Shown here in pieces: positions 12,901-20,440 of a stretch of 64,000 bases of DNA. The stretch comes from Candidatus Xenobia bacterium. Its GTDB lineage: Bacteria > Vulcanimicrobiota > Xenobia > Xenobiales > QWHO01. The notes beneath the pieces were generated by a model. It was not told the origin of the DNA. It searched no databases and saw only the letters and a program-made list of their open reading frames with translations. The DNA lies in contig BTUM01000024.1 in the NCBI GenBank assembly GCA_045863235.1, positions 24,820-88,819 of the forward strand, given 5' to 3'. How positions within the stretch are numbered: position 1 is the first letter of the stretch; every line of letters begins with the position of its first letter. The position numbers were made by a program, and so were the translations under genes.

Positions 12901-13317
12901 GATCCCAAGATGTTGATCGTGGACATCATCGAGGGCTCGAGCCTGGTGGATCCCGAGCGCATCGATCAGAACCTGGAGGAGTTGACCCGTCTGGGAGTGG
13001 CTATCTCCGTCGACGACTTCGGCGTGGGCTTCTCCTCGCTCAAGAGACTGGGAAAGGTCAAGATGCTCAAGTTCCACCAATCCCTGGTGCAGGATGTGGG
13101 CAGTCGCCACGGCAGCAGTATCTGCGTGGCCATGCTGGGCATCTGCTCGACACTGGCCGTGCGCTCCGTGGCCGAAGGGGTGGAAACGGCCGACCAGGCG
13201 ACCTTCTTCCTGGACAAAGGGTGCGAGCTGGCCCAGGGGTTCTACTTCTCCGAGCCCGTGCCGCCCGACGAGATCACCGAGATGTGGCTCGACAATCGAA
13301 CCTGGAGTGGCTTTTAG
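10000..13317 (+). CDS. Long coiled-coil protein with GGDEF and EAL domains
   Basis: About 600 aa E/L/A/R heptads, then DRLTSLPN, IDLDRFKVINDTLG, RESD-x5-GDDEF, EALLRW, DDFG, AEGVET, QGFYFS. Confidence 0.9.
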   Translation: MAKNKFSKGKKPGQQVAKPAAASPPPTPAAPVVEDFDEEEDSPEPSLEEMALNLRAILEETEVKARRLRDSMELPSVAIEELEDKLADEQKVRAQLETTVASQKERLEELEKLHTAARGQVEELENQLGQLEQEKRHLGSELDERQRDTGDLEARLDEALKARQRLADQLAEAERSRQDLEERLSGDDGLSTRLAEAEKARLELEERLRNADETHAAALREFDEKLAEHDLLKARLHEAETRRDELEGRLKELEGGTSGLQAKQREAENRLGELEDKLQGAQAELLEGESRLEEAQRKARVLEEQLEEARKAKAEVERHMEEAQQLRDDLLGQLEQAQLSAAEHEGRTQELEGKLQELAKASTQVTELREMLDMLEANLLEAEDKLASAPTRNQLEDALTRAQEAEERVSELTTAADEVEQKLRQSEFRLGQIKQIFEETDEAAKAAEERADAAERRAREAERKLRQLEVATGRVADAAGEAAGAPEGADGVEVSALRKKLEAAERESLESVERAELAEQKLIELEDEVREANERALELEEKFGEVEANSIRLREELEQACQQLEETRSQTDLSQFEELRQKLQDTEARAKAAEQKSRESVDRLFQAEQRMVAASARTRTAEEKIVTLERELDNLKRKLHEAEERMKSGEAAELDPETERMAFEDRLTSLPNFNILQQYIDYTFKQVHRYKRGAALLCIDLDRFKVINDTLGFRAGDEVLRQVADRLKALVRESDVLGRRGDDEFLILLSELERGDLPEVRTPEDWARACNQMSTLVSNRILSALAPPYSVQNQKLHVTASIGASVSLDAETAEEFIEHAETAMVAAKEAGRNNLQFYTADLKQRRQRKLSFDGQLREALENDEFTLLYQPIVHLSSGRLAGAEALLRWKHPEMNRLLAPEEFLSIAEETGLIVPIGTWALMQACRQAALWRDEGLEIFTGVNMSTRQLMQADLPKTFLKAFEVTNIDPKMLIVDIIEGSSLVDPERIDQNLEELTRLGVAISVDDFGVGFSSLKRLGKVKMLKFHQSLVQDVGSRHGSSICVAMLGICSTLAVRSVAEGVETADQATFFLDKGCELAQGFYFSEPVPPDEITEMWLDNRTWSGF

Positions 13318-13321
13318 GCTT

Positions 13322-13492
13322 TCAGGCCAACTGGGAGGCCCACTCCAGCCAGTCCTCCGAGGAGAATTCGGAGGCCACGTTGCCGTTGCTCGTGCCGGTC
13401 AGGTTGACACAGTGGCCGACCAGGTTCGCGTTCGGTTCTGGTGCTGCTGGCTCCGCTTTGGGAACCTGCTCGACAATTTGGACAGGGTCCAT
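13322..13492 (-). CDS. Small hypothetical protein (56 aa)
   Basis: GGGGAG RBS before ATG; fills gap; ends EDWLEWASQLA. Confidence 0.5.
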   Translation of the reverse strand: MDPVQIVEQVPKAEPAAPEPNANLVGHCVNLTGTSNGNVASEFSSEDWLEWASQLA

Positions 13493-13616
13493 GCTCTGCT
13501 CCCCCATTCGCTGACTTTTGTCCAGCATACCCTGAGACCTTGGAAAAGTTTTTGGGTACGGTGCAAAAGTTGCGTTACCCTTGTGAGCAGGTTGTTACAA
13601 AGATTCTCGGTTTGGA

Positions 13617-14561
13617 TCAGGCCAGGCCGCCCAGGATGCGGAAACCCTCTTCCTTGCGGCCTGTGTTGCGCAACAGCGTGGAGAGCCAGCGGCGGGCCTG
13701 CTGAAATACGGGGTCGATGGCCACGGCTTCGCGCCATTGCTGCTCGGCGGTGACCAGATCGTCTTCTTCGTAGGCCAGAACTCCCAGGTTAAAGGCCACC
13801 CGGGCATCCTCGGGGGCCAGGGTGCGCGCCAGATAGAGCGTTTGGCGGGCCTGGTCGCGCTCTCCCAGAGCCGTCTCGGCTACGGCCAGGTTGGTCAGCA
13901 CCTGCACCGAGCCGGGCTCGAGCCCGGCCGCCCGGGCCAGATCGCCCCGAGCGCTCCGGGCCAGCCCGCGTCGTAGTTGCAGCGAGCCCCGGTTGAACCA
14001 GAAGGTGGAGTTGCCGGAGTCTTCTTCGAGGGCCTGGCTGAAGGCCGCCTCGGCTTCCTCCAGACGGCCCTGCAGGGTGAAGATGATGCCCGTGTTGTTG
14101 TGGACGTAGCCCAGCAGTCGCTGCAAGGAGACCACCTCGAAGCCCTCGGTCTCACGCCAGAAGCGGCGTTGGGCCAGGTCGCACAGCATGAGGCCGTGCT
14201 CGCTCTCGATGCCCGCGGCCACGTGCCCGAACACGAATCCCTGGCCTTCCCCGATGGCTTCCAGTTTGCGCATCGGGACCACCTTGAGGCCGGCGGCCGG
14301 CGCCAGGGCCAGGAGCAGCAGCGTGTACTCGATGCACATCGCGTAGCGACGGCCATCGGCGCCCGGCTCGGTGAAAACCTGGTGGGCGGTGCGACAGCCG
14401 TGAGGGCGGCGGTTCTGGCTCAGGTCCTCGTCGTAGCCCACCTCCAGGCCGTAGTCGAGAATGGCTTTGTAGAGCCGCCGCGCGCGGTCCACGACAGGGC
14501 CCTCGCCCACCGCGCGGCGGGCGAACTCGAGCATTTCGGGGGTGGCTCCAAATGGGTGCAC
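13617..14561 (-). CDS. Transglutaminase-like domain plus TPR repeats
   Basis: MCIEY...GHVAAG...CDLA (Cys-His-Asp) followed by TPR consensus repeats. Confidence 0.75.
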   Translation of the reverse strand: MHPFGATPEMLEFARRAVGEGPVVDRARRLYKAILDYGLEVGYDEDLSQNRRPHGCRTAHQVFTEPGADGRRYAMCIEYTLLLLALAPAAGLKVVPMRKLEAIGEGQGFVFGHVAAGIESEHGLMLCDLAQRRFWRETEGFEVVSLQRLLGYVHNNTGIIFTLQGRLEEAEAAFSQALEEDSGNSTFWFNRGSLQLRRGLARSARGDLARAAGLEPGSVQVLTNLAVAETALGERDQARQTLYLARTLAPEDARVAFNLGVLAYEEDDLVTAEQQWREAVAIDPVFQQARRWLSTLLRNTGRKEEGFRILGGLA

Positions 14562-14665
14562 GAGCTTCTTATCACGACATGACCCCTCCTAGGAAAGAGT
14601 CTCGCCCTGTCGAACAACAAAAAGCCCTCGAAATGAAGCGGGGAGTTTGCCTGGGGAGGTCTGCC

Positions 14666-14851
14666 ATGGACAAGCCGATGATGGAAATGGCTCCGATGAA
14701 GGAGATGATGGGCAAGATGGCCGACTGCATGATGCGCATGAACGAGTCCTGCAACGAATCCCACATGATGATGATGAAGATGCGCGACATGTGTATGGAG
14801 ATGCATGACATGATGAAGAGGATGAGCATGATGCAGGGGGAAATGAAGTAG
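14666..14851 (+). CDS. Methionine-rich small protein (61 aa, 25 Met)
   Basis: GGAGGT RBS 5 nt before ATG, terminator immediately downstream. Confidence 0.75.
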   Translation: MDKPMMEMAPMKEMMGKMADCMMRMNESCNESHMMMMKMRDMCMEMHDMMKRMSMMQGEMK

Positions 14852-14864
14852 CCCGGTTTCCTGT

Positions 14865-14906
14865 TTCAATGAAAAAGCCGGCCTCTGGGCCGGCTCTTTC
14901 ATTGAA
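14865..14906. terminator. Likely bidirectional intrinsic terminator
   Basis: TTCAATGAAAAAGCCGGCC-TCTG-GGCCGGCTCTTTCATTGAA, 19-bp arms with one mismatch, between convergent genes. Confidence 0.8.
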
Positions 14907-14917
14907 CGGGGGTTTGG

Positions 14918-15217
14918 TTAGCCGCCCGCCTGCCGTTTGGAGTAAACGAACACCCCCGCGCCCACGGCGCAGAAGACGATGAAAAACCAGGCCTTGCGTG
15001 AGGCCGGGTCGCTCAACATGACGGCGCTCATGATCAAAAAGAGCAGCACAACCAGTCCGATGGCAACCTTCTTGATGTTGTGAGCCATCAAAGCCCCACC
15101 GCGGTCTTTGTCGCCGTAGGCCTTCTTCATGTCTTGCACCGAGTTCTTGACCTTCTCGGTGTGCTTCTCTTGCTGGGCGTAAAGTTTCTCGAGTTGTCTG
15201 TCCCGTTGATCGGACAC
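14918..15217 (-). CDS. Small 2-TM membrane protein
   Basis: AAGGAGG RBS then GTG; two C-terminal hydrophobic helices. Confidence 0.7.
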   Translation of the reverse strand: MSDQRDRQLEKLYAQQEKHTEKVKNSVQDMKKAYGDKDRGGALMAHNIKKVAIGLVVLLFLIMSAVMLSDPASRKAWFFIVFCAVGAGVFVYSKRQAGG

Positions 15218-15231
15218 GCTCAAACCCTCCT

Positions 15232-16197
15232 TCAGGACTCGATGCCGGAGGGGGCCAGCACGACCCGGTCGTACAGGTCCCCGTAGAGCTTTCGGACCTC
15301 GCCCTGGACCTTGTCCGGCGCGGCCTTTACCGAGCAACAGGCCACGACGTCTTCAGGAATGAGTTTCGCCATCTCCCCCCAGCGCCCTTCTCGGGAAAGC
15401 CGATGAAGCTCGCGGTGCAATTCCCCGTGGCCGATGACTTCGAGCACCTCGGCATAGGCCGGAGTCGAGCCGTAGAAGGCGATTGACTCGCGGACCTTGC
15501 GCTCGAGCAAATTCTGGGTGGCCTCGTCACCGGTGATCACGAAGACATTGCCTACCACCTGGACGGCCTTGCGCTCTCGCCCGGCCTTCTTCAGCCCGGC
15601 CTCCAGCGAAGGCAGGGTGACCTTTTCGACGTAGGCCCGGTTGGTGAAGGGATGGCCGCTCAGAAAGTCGGCCGCCTCGCCGGCCAGTTCACTCATCTTA
15701 GGCCCCACGGCGGCCACTCCGATGGGAATGGTGGGATGAGCGATGGGGCCGGGGTTGAAGAAAGGCGTCATGAGCGTATGGCGGTAGTGTGTACCCTGGT
15801 ATTTCAGGGGTTCACCGCTCTGGAAGGCGTGGAAGATGGCTCGCAGGGCGGCGATGTAGTCGCGCATCTGCTCGATGGGCTTGTCCCAGGGCATCGAGAA
15901 GCGTTTGGTGATGTGCGCTTTGACCTGACTGCCCAGACCCAGCCACAGGCGGCCGCGCGAGAAGCGCTGAATATCCCAGGCGGGGTAGGCCATGCTCATC
16001 GGGTTGCGGGCCAGGGCCACGGCGATGGCGGTCCCCAGACCGAGCTTCTGGGAGCCTTCAGCGGCGCGCAGCAGGCTCAGGAAGGGGTCGTGCTTGGATT
16101 CGGGGACCCAGAGGCAGTCAAAGCCTCGCTCTTCGGCCCGACGGGCCACCTCGGGGGCGGTCTCCAGGTCTCCATCAAACACGGCGTCAAACAGCAT
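15232..16197 (-). CDS. LLM-class oxidoreductase, probable F420-dependent subfamily
   Basis: ESKHDPF, LGTAIAVALARNPM, LGLGSQVKAHITKRFS, FYGSTPAY. Confidence 0.85.
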   Translation of the reverse strand: MLFDAVFDGDLETAPEVARRAEERGFDCLWVPESKHDPFLSLLRAAEGSQKLGLGTAIAVALARNPMSMAYPAWDIQRFSRGRLWLGLGSQVKAHITKRFSMPWDKPIEQMRDYIAALRAIFHAFQSGEPLKYQGTHYRHTLMTPFFNPGPIAHPTIPIGVAAVGPKMSELAGEAADFLSGHPFTNRAYVEKVTLPSLEAGLKKAGRERKAVQVVGNVFVITGDEATQNLLERKVRESIAFYGSTPAYAEVLEVIGHGELHRELHRLSREGRWGEMAKLIPEDVVACCSVKAAPDKVQGEVRKLYGDLYDRVVLAPSGIES

Positions 16198-16290
16198 CGC
16201 CCGGGCTTCACCGGACGCGACGGGATTCCTACGAGTTCGAGAGCCTGTTCGGGAGGACTTGAATGGATTTCAGCGAGAACATGCAGGAAG

Positions 16291-18732
16291 ATGGCTCTTA
16301 AAAACGTTCTGACGCGCTTCCTCGAGTCGCAGGAAGGCCGGGGGACCCTGGCCGCCGTGCACCGCCAGGAGGCGCGCGAGGCCCGCTACGGAGAGTGGCC
16401 CGAGCATCTCGACCCCGAGCTGATCGCCATGGTGAAGGCCCGCGGCATCGAGCGCCTTTACAGCCATCAGAGTCAGGCCATCGTTCATGTGACCGGAGGG
16501 CGCCACACAGTCATCGTGACCCCCACCGCCTCGGGCAAGACCCTGTGCTACAACCTGCCGGTGCTCCAGGCCATTCGCAAGGACGATTCGGCCCGTGCCC
16601 TCTACATGTTCCCGACCAAGGCCCTGGAGCAAGATCAGCTGGCCGAGCTGCAAGAATCCATCGACGCCCTGCAGGGGACGGCCCGGGTGTTCACCTACGA
16701 CGGCGACACTCCGGCCGACGCGCGTCGCTCCATCCGCAGCCGGGCTCACGTGGTCATCACCAATCCCGACATGCTGCACACCGGCATTCTCCCGCACCAC
16801 ACCCGCTGGTCGCGCTTTTTCGCCAACCTGCGCTATGTGGTGATGGATGAGCTGCACACCTACCGGGGAGTCTATGGCAGCCACCTGGCCAACGTGCTGC
16901 GCCGCCTCAAGCGCATCGCTGCCTTTCACGGCTCCAACCCGGTCTTTGTCATGTGCTCGGCCACCATCGCCAACCCTCGCGAGCTGGCCGAGGCCCTGGT
17001 CGAGGCACCCGTCGAGCTGGTGGACCAGAACGGTGCCCCGGCGGGTGCCAAGACCTTGATCTTCTACAACCCTCCGGTGCTGAGCAAGGAGCTGGGCATC
17101 CGCCGCTCCTACCTGACGGCCTCGCGCTGGATCGCCTCGCGCTTTTTGAAGGCCGACCTGCAGACCATCGTGTTCGCGGCCAGCCGGCTGAACGTCGAGG
17201 TGCTCTCGCGCTATCTCAAGGACCGCTTCGAGCGGACCGTGCAGGACGAGGGCAAGATTCGCGCCTACCGGGGCGGTTATCTGCCCGGGGCCCGCCGCGA
17301 GATCGAGCGCGGGCTTCGCCAGGGAACCATTCGCGGGGTGATCAGCACCAACGCCCTGGAGCTGGGCATCGACATCGGCAGCCTGCAGGCCGCCGTGCTG
17401 GCCGGTTATCCCGGCACGGTGGCCAGCACCTGGCAGCAGGCCGGTCGGGCCGGTCGCCGCAACGAGGAGAGCGCGGTGGTGCTGGTGGCCAAGAGTGACC
17501 CGCTGGACCAGTTCCTGATGGAGAACCCCCGGTATTTTTTCTCGGCCAGCCCCGAGCACGCCCTGATCAATCCCGATAACGTGGCCATTCTGGTCAGCCA
17601 CCTCAAGTGCGCCGCCTTCGAGCTGCCCCTGGAGGAAGGCGAGAGCTTTGGCCGGGCCGAGGTGGGGGAGATCCTCCAGTTCCTGGCCGAGAACGAGGTG
17701 CTGCACCGCTCGGGCGGCCAGTACCACTGGACTCAGGAGGCCTACCCGGCCGACGCCATCTCGCTGCGCAGCGCCTCGCCCGAAAATTTCTGCATCATGG
17801 ACGTGACCGAGAAGAACAAGGTGATCGCCGAGGTGGACTGGCACTCGGCCCCGTCCACGGTCTATCAGGATGCCATCTACATGTGCCAGGCCCGCACCTA
17901 CCAGGTGAAACAGCTCGACTACGCCCAGCGGCGAGCCTACGTCAAGCCGGTGGAAGTCGATTACTACACCGACGCCATCACAGCCACCTCGGTCAAGATT
18001 CTGGATGGCTTCGAGCGCTCCGACCTGCCCGCCCAGAAAGCGCGGCGCGAGCACGGCGAGGTGCACGTCACCTGGCGGGTGAGCGGCTTCAAGAAGATCA
18101 AGTTCTACAGCCGCGAGAACGTGGGTTACGGCGAGGTCAACCTGCCCGACCACGAGATGCACACCACCGCCTTCTGGCTCACGCTGAGCCACGACCTGCT
18201 GGCCAGTCTGGGCTTCCCCCGCTCCGACCTGCTCGATGGAGTGGTGGGGCTGGCTTACTGCCTGCACCACCTGGCCCCGTTCTACCTGATGTGCGACCTG
18301 CGCGACCTGGACCGCTGCGTGGGCGACCGGGCGGCCACCTGGTTTGCTCGCTCCGACCGCGACACCCAGGGGCGCTACAGTTTCGCCCCGGTGGAGGAGC
18401 ATCTGGAGAACGCCGAGAGCTGGATGCGCCTGGGAATGGATCCTTTGGAGCGCGCCCAAACGCTCGAATCCTTGCCGGTTTTCGAACCCACTTTGTTTCT
18501 CTACGACAACTACCCGGGCGGAATGGGGTTCTCGGCGCAGCTCTACGATCAGTCCCACGAGCTGCTGGGGCGGGCCATGGAGCGGCTGGAGCACTGTGAG
18601 TGCGAGTCGGGCTGCCCCTCCTGCGTGGGTCCGCCGAACGAGGTCGGCAATGCCTCGCGCCTGGTGGCTCTGGCCATTCTCAGGTCCCTGGTGGAGCAAC
18701 CGGCAGAGCTGGTCCTGAGCGGCAGGAGCTGA
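16291..18732 (+). CDS. DEAH-box helicase with DUF1998 Zn-binding C-terminus (MrfA/YprA/Hrq1 family)
   Basis: TASGKT, PTKAL, TNPDMLH, DELH, SAT, ALELGIDIG, QQAGRAGR, CECESGCPSC. Confidence 0.92.
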   Translation: MALKNVLTRFLESQEGRGTLAAVHRQEAREARYGEWPEHLDPELIAMVKARGIERLYSHQSQAIVHVTGGRHTVIVTPTASGKTLCYNLPVLQAIRKDDSARALYMFPTKALEQDQLAELQESIDALQGTARVFTYDGDTPADARRSIRSRAHVVITNPDMLHTGILPHHTRWSRFFANLRYVVMDELHTYRGVYGSHLANVLRRLKRIAAFHGSNPVFVMCSATIANPRELAEALVEAPVELVDQNGAPAGAKTLIFYNPPVLSKELGIRRSYLTASRWIASRFLKADLQTIVFAASRLNVEVLSRYLKDRFERTVQDEGKIRAYRGGYLPGARREIERGLRQGTIRGVISTNALELGIDIGSLQAAVLAGYPGTVASTWQQAGRAGRRNEESAVVLVAKSDPLDQFLMENPRYFFSASPEHALINPDNVAILVSHLKCAAFELPLEEGESFGRAEVGEILQFLAENEVLHRSGGQYHWTQEAYPADAISLRSASPENFCIMDVTEKNKVIAEVDWHSAPSTVYQDAIYMCQARTYQVKQLDYAQRRAYVKPVEVDYYTDAITATSVKILDGFERSDLPAQKARREHGEVHVTWRVSGFKKIKFYSRENVGYGEVNLPDHEMHTTAFWLTLSHDLLASLGFPRSDLLDGVVGLAYCLHHLAPFYLMCDLRDLDRCVGDRAATWFARSDRDTQGRYSFAPVEEHLENAESWMRLGMDPLERAQTLESLPVFEPTLFLYDNYPGGMGFSAQLYDQSHELLGRAMERLEHCECESGCPSCVGPPNEVGNASRLVALAILRSLVEQPAELVLSGRS

Positions 18733-18759
18733 GTCGCCGGTCGAGCAACTCTCGGCCTC

Positions 18760-19821
18760 ATGCGAAGACACCTGACCACCGTCCTGATCCTCAGTCTGCT
18801 GGGCTGGCTCAACCTGCAAGAGCCGGTGCGCAAGATCGGCCAGGTGGGCCAGGGCCTGCGAGTCGCTTCGGTGAGCCCGGACGGGCAGCTGGTGGTGGGC
18901 TGGAAGGCCGAGGCCGGTGGGCGCTGGAGCTATGCCGTCTGGCAGACCCAGAGCGGCAAGGAGATCGTCCCGGCGCAACTCATCTCCGACCCGCCGGCGT
19001 CCAGCAACCCCTTCGCCTGGGGTCCCGACGGCCTGCTGGCCGTTGGCTACGGCGATCAGGTCGCCCTCTGGCAGGGGGGCAAGCTCAAGCGCAAGCTGAA
19101 GGCGGATTGGATGGTGCGCGACGTGCGCTTCTCCGGCCCCACTCTGATGGCCCGAGTGGACAAGGGGGTGTTCCTCTGGACCGCGGCCACTGGCAAGCTG
19201 ATCTGGGGGATGCGCCAGGAGCATTTGCTGGCCGCGCGACTCAGCTCCAACGGCAAGACCCTGGCCACCGCCAGCCTGGAGGAGCCGATCTTCGTCTTCG
19301 ATGTGACCGACAAGCGCCTGATCGGCCAGCTGCCGGCAGGCCAGGCCACCGTCAACCTGGAGTTCTGTCATCAGGACGAGTGGCTGGCCTGCGCCTTCCG
19401 CTATCGCAGCGATCGCCAGAAGGACTGCGCCCTGGTCTATCACTGGCCCAGCGCCCGTCCCTTGAGTCGCCCCCTCTCGAACCCAGCCCTGATGGGTTTT
19501 GCTGTCAGCCAGGACGGGGAACGACTGCTCACGCGCTCGGCCAGTATGGTCCGCATCTGGGAGGGGGGAACGGGAAATCTGGTTCATCAGAAGGATCTGC
19601 CCAGCGGGGCCATGGACGCCCTGTCGCCCGATGGCCGGCTGGTCGCCACAGTGGCCCAGGGCCAGGTCGAGTTGTGGCGCAGCCAGGACGGAAGGTCTCT
19701 TGCCAGCTTGAGGGAGGCCGAGCCGGTCACAGCCGTGTCGCTGCCTTCCAACGGGGTACTGGGGGTGCTGGCCGGCAGTTGCTCGGTCTATGCTCTCAGG
19801 GCGGATTGGTCTGGACGTTGA
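18760..19821 (+). CDS. Secreted WD40-like beta-propeller protein
   Basis: Signal peptide; repeated SPDG..L / V.LW units. Confidence 0.75.
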   Translation: MRRHLTTVLILSLLGWLNLQEPVRKIGQVGQGLRVASVSPDGQLVVGWKAEAGGRWSYAVWQTQSGKEIVPAQLISDPPASSNPFAWGPDGLLAVGYGDQVALWQGGKLKRKLKADWMVRDVRFSGPTLMARVDKGVFLWTAATGKLIWGMRQEHLLAARLSSNGKTLATASLEEPIFVFDVTDKRLIGQLPAGQATVNLEFCHQDEWLACAFRYRSDRQKDCALVYHWPSARPLSRPLSNPALMGFAVSQDGERLLTRSASMVRIWEGGTGNLVHQKDLPSGAMDALSPDGRLVATVAQGQVELWRSQDGRSLASLREAEPVTAVSLPSNGVLGVLAGSCSVYALRADWSGR

Positions 19822-20440
19822 CCTGCCGGCCTCCGGGTCGTTTGAGGGTGGGCAGGATGGACGTTTCCAGGCGGGAGACCACGTCCATCATCTCGGTCTC
19901 GACGTTCAGCCGCAGAGGCTCTCCTTCGCCGTAGGCCACCTCGAAAAGGCGCACGCCGGGGGCCAGGCGCCGCACGTCGGTACGAGCGGGATCGACCCAG
20001 TTCGTCTGCAATTTGTCGGGCACGTTGGCCAGCGGCTCAGGAGGCGTCATCGGATCGAGGTCCAGATCGTAGGTCTCCTGGTAGCGCACCTCCTTGTTTG
20101 CGCTCAGCCAGTAGATGGCCACGCGTTTCTGGAACAGCATCTCGGCGGTGCGGGGATGATAAGAGAGCTGGCCCTGGGCATCCTGGTTGGAAACGAAGAC
20201 CAATCCCGTCAGGGGTGGGGCCAGCAGGGCGATGCTCTCCGGATCGGCACCTTGCAGCTCCTCGCGCACCCGCGCAACCACCAGGGCCGCCCGCGTCTGG
20301 GCCGAGGCCTTCTTGTCGCTGCGCACCCAGCTGCGCAGGACGGGGCCGGTCAGGCCCACGAGCAGGGCCAGCACCATCATCAGCAGGCCGGCTGCCACCA
20401 GAAGCTCGGCCACCGTGTGGGCGTCGCGTCCTCGGCTCAG
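19796..20440 (-). CDS. Prepilin-like (type IV pilin/pseudopilin) protein
   Basis: RGRDA|HTVAELLVAAGLLMMVL resembles the prepilin cleavage motif with Glu5; requires a CTG start overlapping the upstream TGA. Confidence 0.6.
   Translation of the reverse strand: MSRGRDAHTVAELLVAAGLLMMVLALLVGLTGPVLRSWVRSDKKASAQTRAALVVARVREELQGADPESIALLAPPLTGLVFVSNQDAQGQLSYHPRTAEMLFQKRVAIYWLSANKEVRYQETYDLDLDPMTPPEPLANVPDKLQTNWVDPARTDVRRLAPGVRLFEVAYGEGEPLRLNVETEMMDVVSRLETSILPTLKRPGGRQVNVQTNPP

Noticed and set aside
14420..14902. His-rich - strand ORF
   Set aside because: The His codons are the reverse complement of the Met-rich gene, which has the RBS
15652..16290. N-terminal extension of the helicase in the ORF track
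   Set aside because: Overlaps the LLM gene on the opposite strand; family-like sequence starts at ATG 16291
16270..19587. 1105-aa - strand ORF
   Set aside because: Antisense shadow of the helicase and WD40 genes; no motifs
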